A stretch of DNA of 64,000 bases from an uncultured bacterium. Its GTDB lineage: Bacteria; Patescibacteriota; Minisyncoccia; Moranbacterales; GWC2-37-73. The notes under the pieces are model-generated. The model searched no databases and had not been told where the DNA came from. It saw nothing but the letters and a program-made list of their open reading frames with translations. A program made the position numbers and the translations under genes. The DNA lies in the NCBI GenBank assembly GCA_903851135.1, contig CAINNK010000008.1, positions 13,136 to 77,135 of the forward strand. The letters run 5' to 3'. Positions within the stretch are counted from its first letter, which is position 1, and every line of letters starts with the position of its first letter. Positions 41,380-49,334 of the stretch are shown piece after piece.

Positions 41380-41778
41380 TTATTTCAAGAATCTAAAATG
41401 TTTCAAAGTTGGAAGAATATTGGGTGCCAAATCTTCGCTAGAAAGTTCTTCAATCGGAATCCATTTCCATTGTTTGATTTCAGCGCCAGGGGAAACTTCA
41501 CCAATTCTTTTAGCGAGATAGTGCACCAAAATGACATCGCAGTCGCCGTCTTCATTTTGCTTGAAAGTGTGCATGAGAAAAGGAGTTGAATTCAAAATTT
41601 CAATTTCAATTCCCATTTCTTCTTTGGCTTTTCTTTTGGCAGTTTCAACAAGAGTTGTTTCTTTGTTTTCAACTCTGCCGCCGCAAAATTTCCAGAAAGG
41701 CGTGTCACCGTGCTGATCAAGCAAAACTTTGCCGTTTTCAACAATAACTGGTCCCGAGGCGATAATTATTTTTGGCAT
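41380..41778 (-). CDS. NUDIX hydrolase
   Basis: WKFCGGRVE...TAKRKAKEEMG, a variant Nudix box. Confidence 0.85.
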   Translation of the reverse strand: MPKIIIASGPVIVENGKVLLDQHGDTPFWKFCGGRVENKETTLVETAKRKAKEEMGIEIEILNSTPFLMHTFKQNEDGDCDVILVHYLAKRIGEVSPGAEIKQWKWIPIEELSSEDLAPNILPTLKHFRFLK

Positions 41779-41839
41779 ATATTTTTCATTTAAACATTTA
41801 AGTCTTTAAATATTCAAACAATTAGAACAATTATAACAT

Positions 41840-43480
41840 CTATAACTTTTTCACTAAATACGTGTCCTTTAATTTGTATCCAGCTTTTCGATAATAATTT
41901 CGCACGCCGATGCCGGAGATGACGACAATTTTTTTCAGGCCATATTCTTCTTTGGCGATACGCTCAGCTTCGAGCAGCAGTTTTTTCCCCAGGCCGATAT
42001 GCTGTGGCGATTTGGAATCCTTTTCATCAATTTGGGTCATTTTACCATAGGTGTGAACTTCGCGGATGATAGCTGCGTTTTGAAGAACAGGCAACATTTT
42101 ATACATTTTGTCATTCCCACAGGAACTTGGAATTCGCAAACGCAAAAGGGCAAAAAGTTTTTTCTTGTCTGGGCTGACATATTGCAGAAAAATTTCGCGG
42201 CCATCGGAAGCAGTGTAGTCAATTCGATCCAAAACAATTGATTCTTTGATGGTGTAACCTTCGCGGACTTCACGGCAACGAATGCAGGGACAATTTGACT
42301 GGGGAATAATGATCTGACGTAGATTAGAAACTGTCGGACCAGCGATGATTGAGCAGGTCGGCACATCTCGAATCAGACGAGCAATGCGAACATAGGGAAC
42401 AATCGCCTCATTTTTGATTTTCAAAACCAATTTTTCAAAAATCTTATTCGTCAGTGGTTTGTAGTTTCCATTTTTCCAGATTTTATAGAGTAAGCTGTTT
42501 TTTAAAACGACAGTTGGATAAATTTTGAGCATGTCGGGTTGAAATTGTTGATTTTCAAAGAGGGTCTTAAACATCTCAAAATCCCGCTTGGGGGTTGATC
42601 CTGGCAGTCCTGGCATCATGTGATAGTTGATCTTGAAACCGGCATCCTTGAGCAATTTGGTTGCTTGGATTGTGCTTTGGATAAGATGTCCGCGTTTATT
42701 GAAAACCAAAACATCGTCATAAATGCTTTGCACGCCAAGTTCCACTCGGGTGCAGCCAAGCTCTCGAAAATTGAGAATTTCTTTTTCATTGATATAGTCC
42801 GGCCTGGTTTCCAAAGTTAGCCCAATAATCCGATGTTTAGTCTTCTCATTTTTCTTCTGCTGGATTTCCATTTTATCATTTGCACTTAGCGTTCCACGTT
42901 CCACGTTTTGCATTTTACGTTCACGTTCCACGTTCCACGTTCCACGCTTCGCGTATTCATTGCACGCCTGAAAACACCTCGTGATAAATTTTTTCTGATA
43001 AGCTTTGGGCAGATAGGAAAAAGTTCCGCCCATCACAATCAATTCGATTTTGTCGGTTTTGTGACCATTAAGTTCCAGTGAGCGCAAGCGACTTTGGACT
43101 TGCAAATATGGGTCGAAATGCGAATCAATGGCCCGCATCACGGCCGGCTCATTGGAGAGATAGCTTTTCGGCATTTCTTTTTCACTGGGGCAATAAATGC
43201 ATTTGCCTGGACAAGGATATGATTTGGTTAGCACTGCCACCACAGCCACGCCTGATTGGGTGCGGATGCGACGACTGAGCAGAATTTTTTCGAAAGCGGG
43301 GTTGGGCTTGACGATGTTTTCCAAAACCAAATCATTGTAGCGATCGCGCAAGTCAGCATTGGTTGGAATTGGAAGTTTGTATTGTTTGGAAAGTTTTTTC
43401 TTGAGCTGCAAAAACTCCTCCTGGGTTTCAGGAAGCTCTTCAATTGCCGAGATGATGAAATTGTCGTAAGCTGAATTCAT
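41840..43480 (-). CDS. Elp3-family radical SAM / GNAT tRNA U34 modification enzyme
   Basis: CPGKCIYCP, KSYLSNEPA, MGGTF, ETRPD, ELGVQS, REVHTYG, QHIGLGKKLL, GVRNYYRK. Confidence 0.92.
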   Translation of the reverse strand: MNSAYDNFIISAIEELPETQEEFLQLKKKLSKQYKLPIPTNADLRDRYNDLVLENIVKPNPAFEKILLSRRIRTQSGVAVVAVLTKSYPCPGKCIYCPSEKEMPKSYLSNEPAVMRAIDSHFDPYLQVQSRLRSLELNGHKTDKIELIVMGGTFSYLPKAYQKKFITRCFQACNEYAKRGTWNVERERKMQNVERGTLSANDKMEIQQKKNEKTKHRIIGLTLETRPDYINEKEILNFRELGCTRVELGVQSIYDDVLVFNKRGHLIQSTIQATKLLKDAGFKINYHMMPGLPGSTPKRDFEMFKTLFENQQFQPDMLKIYPTVVLKNSLLYKIWKNGNYKPLTNKIFEKLVLKIKNEAIVPYVRIARLIRDVPTCSIIAGPTVSNLRQIIIPQSNCPCIRCREVREGYTIKESIVLDRIDYTASDGREIFLQYVSPDKKKLFALLRLRIPSSCGNDKMYKMLPVLQNAAIIREVHTYGKMTQIDEKDSKSPQHIGLGKKLLLEAERIAKEEYGLKKIVVISGIGVRNYYRKAGYKLKDTYLVKKL

Positions 43481-44185
43481 ATGAAAAAAGAAATTGCAGA
43501 AAAAATATTAAAGGAAACTGAGATTGGCTATGACTTGATCTCTCAGAAATTTTCTCAAACCAGAAAACATTTTTGGCGCGGTTTGGAGTTCATAAAGGAT
43601 TATACGCACGAAGGCGATAAAGTTTTGGATTTTGGCTGTGGCAACGGGCGTTTGCTTGAATTGCTTGGAGAAAATAGTGCTGAATATTATGGCGTTGATG
43701 TCTCCCAGGCTTTGATTGATTTTGCCAAGCAAAAATATCCCAAAGCTTACTTTTTCAAGATGAACCCCAGTCAAACAAGCTTAGCATTCGAAGCTGAATT
43801 TTTCAATACCATTTATAGTATTGCGGTTTTTCATCATTTTCCTTCTCAAAAATATCGTCAGGATGTCGTAAAGGAACTTTACAATAAAACGAAAAATGGT
43901 GGTCGAATTATTGTCACCGTCTGGTATCTTTTTCAAGAGAGGTACTTCAAAAATATTTTGCAAAATTGGTTTGCAAAATTGCAAGGCAACAGCCAGTTGG
44001 ATTGGAATGATTGCGAAATTTCTTTCACAGATAATCAAGGCAAACGTTTTTGGCGTTTTCACCACGCTTTCACCAAAAGAGAACTGCAGAAACTTTTCCA
44101 AGAGGCTGGCTTTGAAATTGAAAAATGTGAGATTGTGGGCGGGCGAAACATATTGCTGATTGGTAGAAGGGCAGATTCTGGATGA
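43481..44185 (+). CDS. Class I SAM-dependent methyltransferase (Trm9/ALKBH8-like)
   Basis: FSQTR, VLDFGCGNGR, SIAVFHH, RFHHAF; divergent from and abutting the Elp3 gene. Confidence 0.85.
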   Translation: MKKEIAEKILKETEIGYDLISQKFSQTRKHFWRGLEFIKDYTHEGDKVLDFGCGNGRLLELLGENSAEYYGVDVSQALIDFAKQKYPKAYFFKMNPSQTSLAFEAEFFNTIYSIAVFHHFPSQKYRQDVVKELYNKTKNGGRIIVTVWYLFQERYFKNILQNWFAKLQGNSQLDWNDCEISFTDNQGKRFWRFHHAFTKRELQKLFQEAGFEIEKCEIVGGRNILLIGRRADSG

Positions 44186-44385
44186 TAGATTTTAGATTTT
44201 AGAATAAATACGGGTAAGTAGATTCTGGATGATAGATTTTAGATTTTAGAATAAATACGGGTAAGTAGATTCTGGATGATAGATTTTAGATTTTAGAATA
44301 AATACGGGTAAGTAGATTCTGGATTTTAGATTTTAGAATAAATACGGGTAAGTAGATTCTAGATGATAGATTTTAGATTTTAGAA
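44173..44385 (+). repeat. 47-bp tandem repeat (three full units, one 40-bp unit, one partial) built from AGATTTT-type heptamers
   Basis: Unit AGATTCTGGATGATAGATTTTAGATTTTAGAATAAATACGGGTAAGT starting at 44173, 44220, 44267, 44314 (one heptamer short) and 44354. Confidence 0.95.
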
Positions 44386-44401
44386 ATGATATTATAAAAG
44401 C

Positions 44402-44788
44402 ATGGAAAAAATAAAAAAATTTACAGATTTAGTTGTTTGGCAAGAAGGTCATAAATTGGTTATTCTTATCTATGATATAACTAAAAAATTTCCCAAGGAA
44501 GAGTGATATTCTTTAACTGATCAAATGCGAAGAGCTGCAACCTCTGTTACTTCAAATATAGCCGAAGGTTTTGGTAGGCAAGGTTATAAGGAAAAGATTC
44601 AATTTTATCACTTAGCACTCGGATCTTTGACTGAATTAGAAAATCAGATTTTTATCGCAAGGGATGTCACGTATTTAAATTCTTCTGATTTTGAAATTTT
44701 AATGAATAAAGCCAGTGATGCTCATAGATTATTAAATGGAATCATAAAAAAATCTAAAGAGTATCTTAATTTAAAATCTAAGTTATAG
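44402..44788 (+). pseudogene. Four-helix-bundle protein (23S rRNA-IVP/TIGR02436-type family) with in-frame TGA at codon 35
   Basis: MEKIKKFTDLVVWQEGHKLVILIYDITKKFPKEE*YSLTDQMRRAATSVTSNIAEGFGR...ALGSLTELENQ; stop at 44504-44506. Confidence 0.88.
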
Positions 44789-44831
44789 AAATATATTCTA
44801 AAATCTAGAATCTAAAATCTATATTCTATTA

Positions 44832-45647
44832 ATGAACATTTTTCAATCAATCATACTTGGTATCTTGCAGGGTTTGGGTGAGTTTTTGCCGATTTCGTCG
44901 ACGGCGCATTTGATTTTGGCGCCGTGGTTTTTTGGTTGGAGTGATCCAGGCCTTTCTTTTGACGTGGCGCTTCATCTGGGAACCCTGATTGCTGTGGTTG
45001 GATTTTTTTGGCGAGATTGGCTTATTATTTTTCAGCTTGCGCTTCAAAAAATTTCAAATTTCAAATTTCAAATTTCAAATTCTGCGGAGAAGTATCCTTC
45101 ACAGCTGCTTTGGCTCTTGGTCATCGCTTCTGTTCCGGGCGCAATTTTCGGAATGCTTTTTGACAGCAAGGCGGAAGCGACTTTTCGCAATCCGCTTTTG
45201 ATTGCTTTTACTTTGAGTGTGGTCGGGTTGATTTTGTTTTTGGTAGATAAATATGCCGCCCATCGCAAGGAGCTTGGCAAGCTGACAAAACTGGACGCAT
45301 TTTGGATTGGTCTTTCTCAGGCCGTGGCCATTATTCCGGGCGTATCACGCTCTGGGGCCACAATGACCACGGGACTTTTCTTGGGACTCTCACGCCAGCA
45401 AGCAGCCCGTTTTTCTTTTTTGCTTTCTACCCCAATCATTTTTGGGGCGGCCATTGTGAAAGTCCCGCATCTCTTGAAAGATGGAATCAGTATGGCAATT
45501 CTTTTTGGCATTTTAGCCTCGGCCATTACTGGTTATTTGGCCATCAAATTCATGCTTCGCTTCATTCAAAAAGTTGGCTACGCCCCATTTTTTTGGTATC
45601 GCTTGGCCTTGGCTGCGGTTGTGGTGATGGTATATTTTTTGAGGTAA
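44832..45647 (+). CDS. uppP: Undecaprenyl-diphosphatase
   Basis: GILQGLGEFLPISSTAH, PGVSRSGAT, AARFSFLLS. Confidence 0.95.
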   Translation: MNIFQSIILGILQGLGEFLPISSTAHLILAPWFFGWSDPGLSFDVALHLGTLIAVVGFFWRDWLIIFQLALQKISNFKFQISNSAEKYPSQLLWLLVIASVPGAIFGMLFDSKAEATFRNPLLIAFTLSVVGLILFLVDKYAAHRKELGKLTKLDAFWIGLSQAVAIIPGVSRSGATMTTGLFLGLSRQQAARFSFLLSTPIIFGAAIVKVPHLLKDGISMAILFGILASAITGYLAIKFMLRFIQKVGYAPFFWYRLALAAVVVMVYFLR

Positions 45648-45772
45648 CTGAGCTAGTAGTTGAGATTCTTTTAAGTATGCCTATTGCACCTTTTATTTAT
45701 TTATGATTAGATAGTGTGCAATAGAATAGTGAATAGTTTTTTTGTCAAACTTTTTTATCAAGGGAGGAGTTT

Positions 45773-46150
45773 ATGTGTTCGAAAGATTTTTGTTATGTGC
45801 TTATCGGAAAAGATAACAAATACATGATCCTTTGTCGTCAAGAGGATTATGATTTGAATTTGATCCGTGAAGCCATCAGGCATGCGTTTCCCGCACTACC
45901 AAATGATGTGGAGATCTTGGTTCGCGATTGTCATAAGATGTTCTCCAGTCAATTCGAATGCCAAGTTAGGCCCCTGGAAGCAAGTAATTGGGGCAGTATC
46001 CGTTTTATTGCTCTCCAGATAGTTGAGAAAGATAACGTAACTTATTGCTGCAGGGCAAAGTTTTTTGGAAATTTCAGTATTCTTCCTAAAAGGAAATTAA
46101 AATTATTAGGTTTTCTTCATACTAAACCCAAAATTTTACAGAAAGATTAG
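45773..46150 (+). CDS. Hypothetical protein (stand-alone cassette)
   Basis: GGAGG SD, hairpin plus T-run at about 46163-46203. Confidence 0.55.
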   Translation: MCSKDFCYVLIGKDNKYMILCRQEDYDLNLIREAIRHAFPALPNDVEILVRDCHKMFSSQFECQVRPLEASNWGSIRFIALQIVEKDNVTYCCRAKFFGNFSILPKRKLKLLGFLHTKPKILQKD

Positions 46151-46209
46151 TTTGGTGAGGTTAAAAACTGGTGGTACCAATGGGTAGCCAGTTTTTTTAT
46201 TTTCAAAAT

Positions 46210-46252
46210 TTGACGCATTTCATTTTTATGTTAAAATACCCCTAGGAGGTAT
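46210..46252 (+). promoter_or_regulatory. Sigma70 promoter overlapped by a CsoR-type operator
   Basis: TTGACG...TAAAAT followed by ATACCCCTAGGAGGTAT (TACC-N-GGTA palindrome with G/C tract), upstream of a CsoR-family gene. Confidence 0.7.
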
Positions 46253-46263
46253 ACAAATAAAAA

Positions 46264-46350
46264 TGTCATTCTGAACTTGTTTCAGAATCTACTTTCTTTA
46301 TTTAACAATACTGCCTGTAATCGAGATCCTGAAACAAGTTCAGGATGACA
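46264..46350. repeat. Palindromic REP/RPE-like element, intact copy
   Basis: TGTCATTCTGAACTTGTTTCAGAATCT ... AGATCCTGAAACAAGTTCAGGATGACA. Confidence 0.8.
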
Positions 46351-46392
46351 CAAAAGAATATTCCTAATTCTTAAAGGATAACTCCTAAACAT

Positions 46393-46680
46393 ATGGCGAC
46401 TAAAAAAATAGTTTCTCAAAAAGACAAAGAAATTGTCAAAGAAAAAATTCTCAATCGGATTTCGAGAGTGGAAGGACAACTCAAGGGAATTCGCAGGATG
46501 GTCCAGGAGCAAAAAGAATGTATCGACATTATCACGCAAATCACAGCCATCCGGGAGGCGGTTTCAATGTTGGGCATTGAGTTGCTGAAGAATGATTTTG
46601 TTTGCAATTGGGAAGGTGGCAAGAAAAAAATTGACGAAAAATATTTGAAGAGTTTGTTTAAGATGTCAGCCGGAGGCTGA
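46393..46680 (+). CDS. CsoR/RcnR/FrmR-family metal-sensing repressor
   Basis: ILNRISRVEGQLKGIRRMV...C.DIITQITAIREA; the last residues SAGG* come from a 30-nt hairpin insert. Confidence 0.9.
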   Translation: MATKKIVSQKDKEIVKEKILNRISRVEGQLKGIRRMVQEQKECIDIITQITAIREAVSMLGIELLKNDFVCNWEGGKKKIDEKYLKSLFKMSAGG

Positions 46681-46745
46681 TCAGCCTTTGGCTGAAAATT
46701 TTAAAGAACTTTATAATTTTATAACTTTAAAAACTTTATAACTTT

Positions 46746-47663
46746 ATGACCTTATTTGATTTAGCTATTATCGGTTCAGGCCCGGCTGGACTTTCAGCTT
46801 CGGTGTATGCTTCGCGTTATGGAATTAAGAATGTGGTGATTGGTGGGATTGCTGGAGGACTCACTACTCAGACACATGAAATTGGCAATTGGCTTGGCAC
46901 AGAAAAAATTACCGGTTTTGAGTTTGCGATGAAAGCCAGTGCTCATGCGGAAAGCTATGGCACCAAGAACATTGTGGCTTTGGTGGATGCAATTGAAAGC
47001 AAGGATGAAAAATATATTCTGCTATTGAGTAACGGTGAAAAATTGGAGGCTAAAGCAATTTTGCTAGCCATGGGAACCAAGCATCGACGTCTTGGAGTCG
47101 TTGGCGAAAAAGAATTTACTGGTAAAGGTGTTTCATATTGCGCGACTTGCGATGGATTTTTTTATCGCGGCAAAACGGTGGCGGTGGTGGGTGGCAATGA
47201 TAGCGCAGCGGGCGCAGCGGTTTATCTTGGGGATATTGCAGAGAAGGTTTTCGTAATTTATCGTGGAGAAAAAATACGTTGCGAATCTTTTTGGGCCACG
47301 GCTTTGGAAAAAAATCCAAAGATTGAAATTTTGTATAACACTAATGTTAAAGAAATCAAAGGCGAAGGCAAAGTGCAGGAACTTTTGCTGGATAGTCCTT
47401 TTAATAATTCAGACACTTTGAAAGTCGACGGTGTGTTCGTGGAAATTGGCTCTGACCCAAATGTGGAATTGGTCAAAAATTTGGAAATTGAAACTGATGA
47501 GAATGGATATCTTAAAATTGATCCTAGTGGCAAGACCAGCCGCAAAGGCATCTGGGCCGCTGGCGACATCACGACCGGCTCTGATAAATTCAAACAAATT
47601 GTGACAGCTGCTGCTGAAGGTGCTGTTGCTGCGCATAGTATCCATGGGTATTTGAAGAGATAA
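46746..47663 (+). CDS. trxB: Thioredoxin reductase
   Basis: GSGPAGLSA, GVSYCATCDG, VVGGNDSA, AAGD, IVTAAAEG. Confidence 0.9.
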   Translation: MTLFDLAIIGSGPAGLSASVYASRYGIKNVVIGGIAGGLTTQTHEIGNWLGTEKITGFEFAMKASAHAESYGTKNIVALVDAIESKDEKYILLLSNGEKLEAKAILLAMGTKHRRLGVVGEKEFTGKGVSYCATCDGFFYRGKTVAVVGGNDSAAGAAVYLGDIAEKVFVIYRGEKIRCESFWATALEKNPKIEILYNTNVKEIKGEGKVQELLLDSPFNNSDTLKVDGVFVEIGSDPNVELVKNLEIETDENGYLKIDPSGKTSRKGIWAAGDITTGSDKFKQIVTAAAEGAVAAHSIHGYLKR

Positions 47664-47672
47664 AACCTTTTT

Positions 47673-47720
47673 AAAAGTGTGACAGAAGTCTGCGACCGCA
47701 GACTTCTGTCACACTTTTTT
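47673..47720. terminator. Bidirectional terminator, perfect 22-bp inverted repeat between convergent genes
   Basis: AAAAGTGTGACAGAAGTCTGCG AC CGCAGACTTCTGTCACACTTTT. Confidence 0.8.
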
Positions 47721-47777
47721 GGGTAAGTAAAAACCTACAAGAGCAGATTTTTACTTGTAGGTTTTATTTTGTAGTTT

Positions 47778-48146
47778 CTATTGTCTGGGAAGAGCAAGTG
47801 CTTTCTCTTTGTCCCAAAGTGGAGCAAAAGAAGACATGATAGATAAGCCCCTTGCGGCCTCCTTATCTTTCGGATATAAAGCGTCGAGCACGATTTGAAA
47901 AGCATCAGGATCTTCACAGGGCGTGCATATTCCAGGACTGAAACTCTCTTTATCCAAGTGGATGTCGTTTATTTTAAAGGTTCTATGAACGCCTAAGGCG
48001 TTCATTATCACAACTGCTGTCGCTGCAACTTTTTTGGCGCCTGCATCGTTTTCTGCAGGAAGAAAGCAATGTCCACAGGAACTTTCACCCTTGCTGAGAT
48101 TTTCTCCCGCCCCAAGCTTGTTAAAGCAAAACTTGTAATCAGGCAT
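47778..48146 (-). CDS. Hypothetical protein
   Basis: AGGAGG SD before the ATG; 122 aa. Confidence 0.55.
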   Translation of the reverse strand: MPDYKFCFNKLGAGENLSKGESSCGHCFLPAENDAGAKKVAATAVVIMNALGVHRTFKINDIHLDKESFSPGICTPCEDPDAFQIVLDALYPKDKEAARGLSIMSSFAPLWDKEKALALPRQ

Positions 48147-48170
48147 GGTGCCCTCCTTTTTTTGGGATTA

Positions 48171-48428
48171 TTAGGTAATTTCTGGTTGAAGTTGATTTTC
48201 AGTGAGAAAATTTTCAAACTTTCTTTCAATCCTCTCAAGTGCCAAACGAAACTCCTCGGTAATCATTTCTTCGAGTGCGCTTACTTGGTCTTCTGACAAA
48301 ACTATGCGTTTAGTCTTTTTATTTTTCTTAAACCAAGCACTGTTCGCACGATGAAGTACTTTTATTTCTAATTTATGAGTAGGCGTTTCGATAGAAGTCA
48401 GCGTGCTAGTATTCCCGTTGGTAGTCAT
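48171..48428 (-). CDS. Hypothetical protein
   Basis: AGGAG SD before the ATG; 85 aa; immediately downstream of tRNA-Ile. Confidence 0.55.
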   Translation of the reverse strand: MTTNGNTSTLTSIETPTHKLEIKVLHRANSAWFKKNKKTKRIVLSEDQVSALEEMITEEFRLALERIERKFENFLTENQLQPEIT

Positions 48429-48523
48429 TGTATACTCCTGATTCAGGGTTAGTTTTTTCTTTTCTAAAATTTTTAAAAAACAAAAAATCCATGAGAGGAT
48501 TTTTGATCTTTTGGTTTTTGGGG

Positions 48524-48597
48524 TGGGCGTGCCTAGATTCGAACTGGGGACCTCGTCATTATCAGTGACGCGCTCTAACCAACTGAGCTACACGCCC
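48524..48597 (-). tRNA. tRNA-Ile(GAT)
   Basis: GGGCGTGTAGCTCAGTTGGTTAGAGCGCGTCACTGATAATGACGAGGTCCCCAGTTCGAATCTAGGCACGCCCA; cloverleaf, CCA not encoded. Confidence 0.95.
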
Positions 48598-48726
48598 GTA
48601 TGTGGACCGGACAGGACATTTTACGTCGCTTTCGTTCCTTGGAAACCCATGGTTTCCAAAACCTTCCTCCAACGGAAAACTCCCGTTTTCCGACCCTTTC
48701 CCGTTCAAGTTGAAAAAAGAGTTTTG

Positions 48727-48799
48727 TGGACCGGACAGGACTTGAACCCGCTACCTCCTCAGTGCAAATGAGGCGCTCTACCAGGTGAGCTACCGGCCC
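48727..48799 (-). tRNA. tRNA-Ala(TGC)
   Basis: GGGCCGGTAGCTCACCTGGTAGAGCGCCTCATTTGCACTGAGGAGGTAGCGGGTTCAAGTCCTGTCCGGTCCA; G3:U70 pair present. Confidence 0.95.
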
Positions 48800-48810
48800 A
48801 TATATATAAT

Positions 48811-48893
48811 GGGGACTTATGAACCAGCACCTCCTCAGTGTAAGAGATTGAGAGAAAGCGAGCAATCTCCGCTCTCAGGTGAGCTACCGGCCC
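48811..48893 (-). pseudogene. Degenerate tRNA-Ala copy interrupted by a hairpin
   Basis: 22-nt identity with the tRNA-Ala 5' end (48876-48897 vs 48782-48803), anticodon-arm remnant, GAGATTG/CAATCTC insert. Confidence 0.7.
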
Positions 48894-49045
48894 ATATTTT
48901 GCTTTTTAAAGCATAAAATTAACAACTAGATTTCATTATACAGAAAAGAAAATATTTGTCCATAGCTGTTGTTGACAGAAAACCCGAGATAGTGTACATT
49001 AGATATATAAGAAAGCCCCAAGGGCTTTTTAAAAAACCCAAAAAT

Positions 49046-49231
49046 ATGAATAAGGCTGTACAATTTTTTCAGGAAGCAAAAGTTGAACTTATCAAGGTGA
49101 ATTGGCCGACCAAAAAGCAGACTATTAACTACACCGCTTTGGTGGTTGCAGTCAGCATTGCAGTTGCTCTTTTCCTTGGTGGACTCGACTCTGTTTTTAG
49201 TTATATTTTGAAGACATATATTATTAAGTAA
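49046..49231 (+). CDS. secE: Preprotein translocase subunit SecE
   Basis: FFQEAKVELIKVNWPT, single TM helix, upstream of nusG. Confidence 0.93.
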   Translation: MNKAVQFFQEAKVELIKVNWPTKKQTINYTALVVAVSIAVALFLGGLDSVFSYILKTYIIK

Positions 49232-49334
49232 CATACAGATAAACACTGATGAAAAACTGATCAGCGCAGATCACGGATAATCTGTGATTAGTGAAAATCC
49301 GTTATTCATCCGTGAGAATCAGTAATTAACAAAA

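Noticed and set aside
44173-44385. CRISPR array
   Set aside because: Units are contiguous and near-identical with no unique spacers, and no cas genes are in the window.
44504-44506. TGA recoding (code 25 or selenocysteine)
   Set aside because: TGA terminates uvrA and other genes here and no long gene has internal TGA; a nonsense mutation or sequencing error is simpler.
44402-44788. Diversity-generating retroelement (Avd-like gene)
   Set aside because: No reverse transcriptase and no TR/VR pair with adenine-specific mismatches was seen.
48511-48865. ORFs 48511-48771 and 48575-48865
   Set aside because: They are translations of the tRNA genes.
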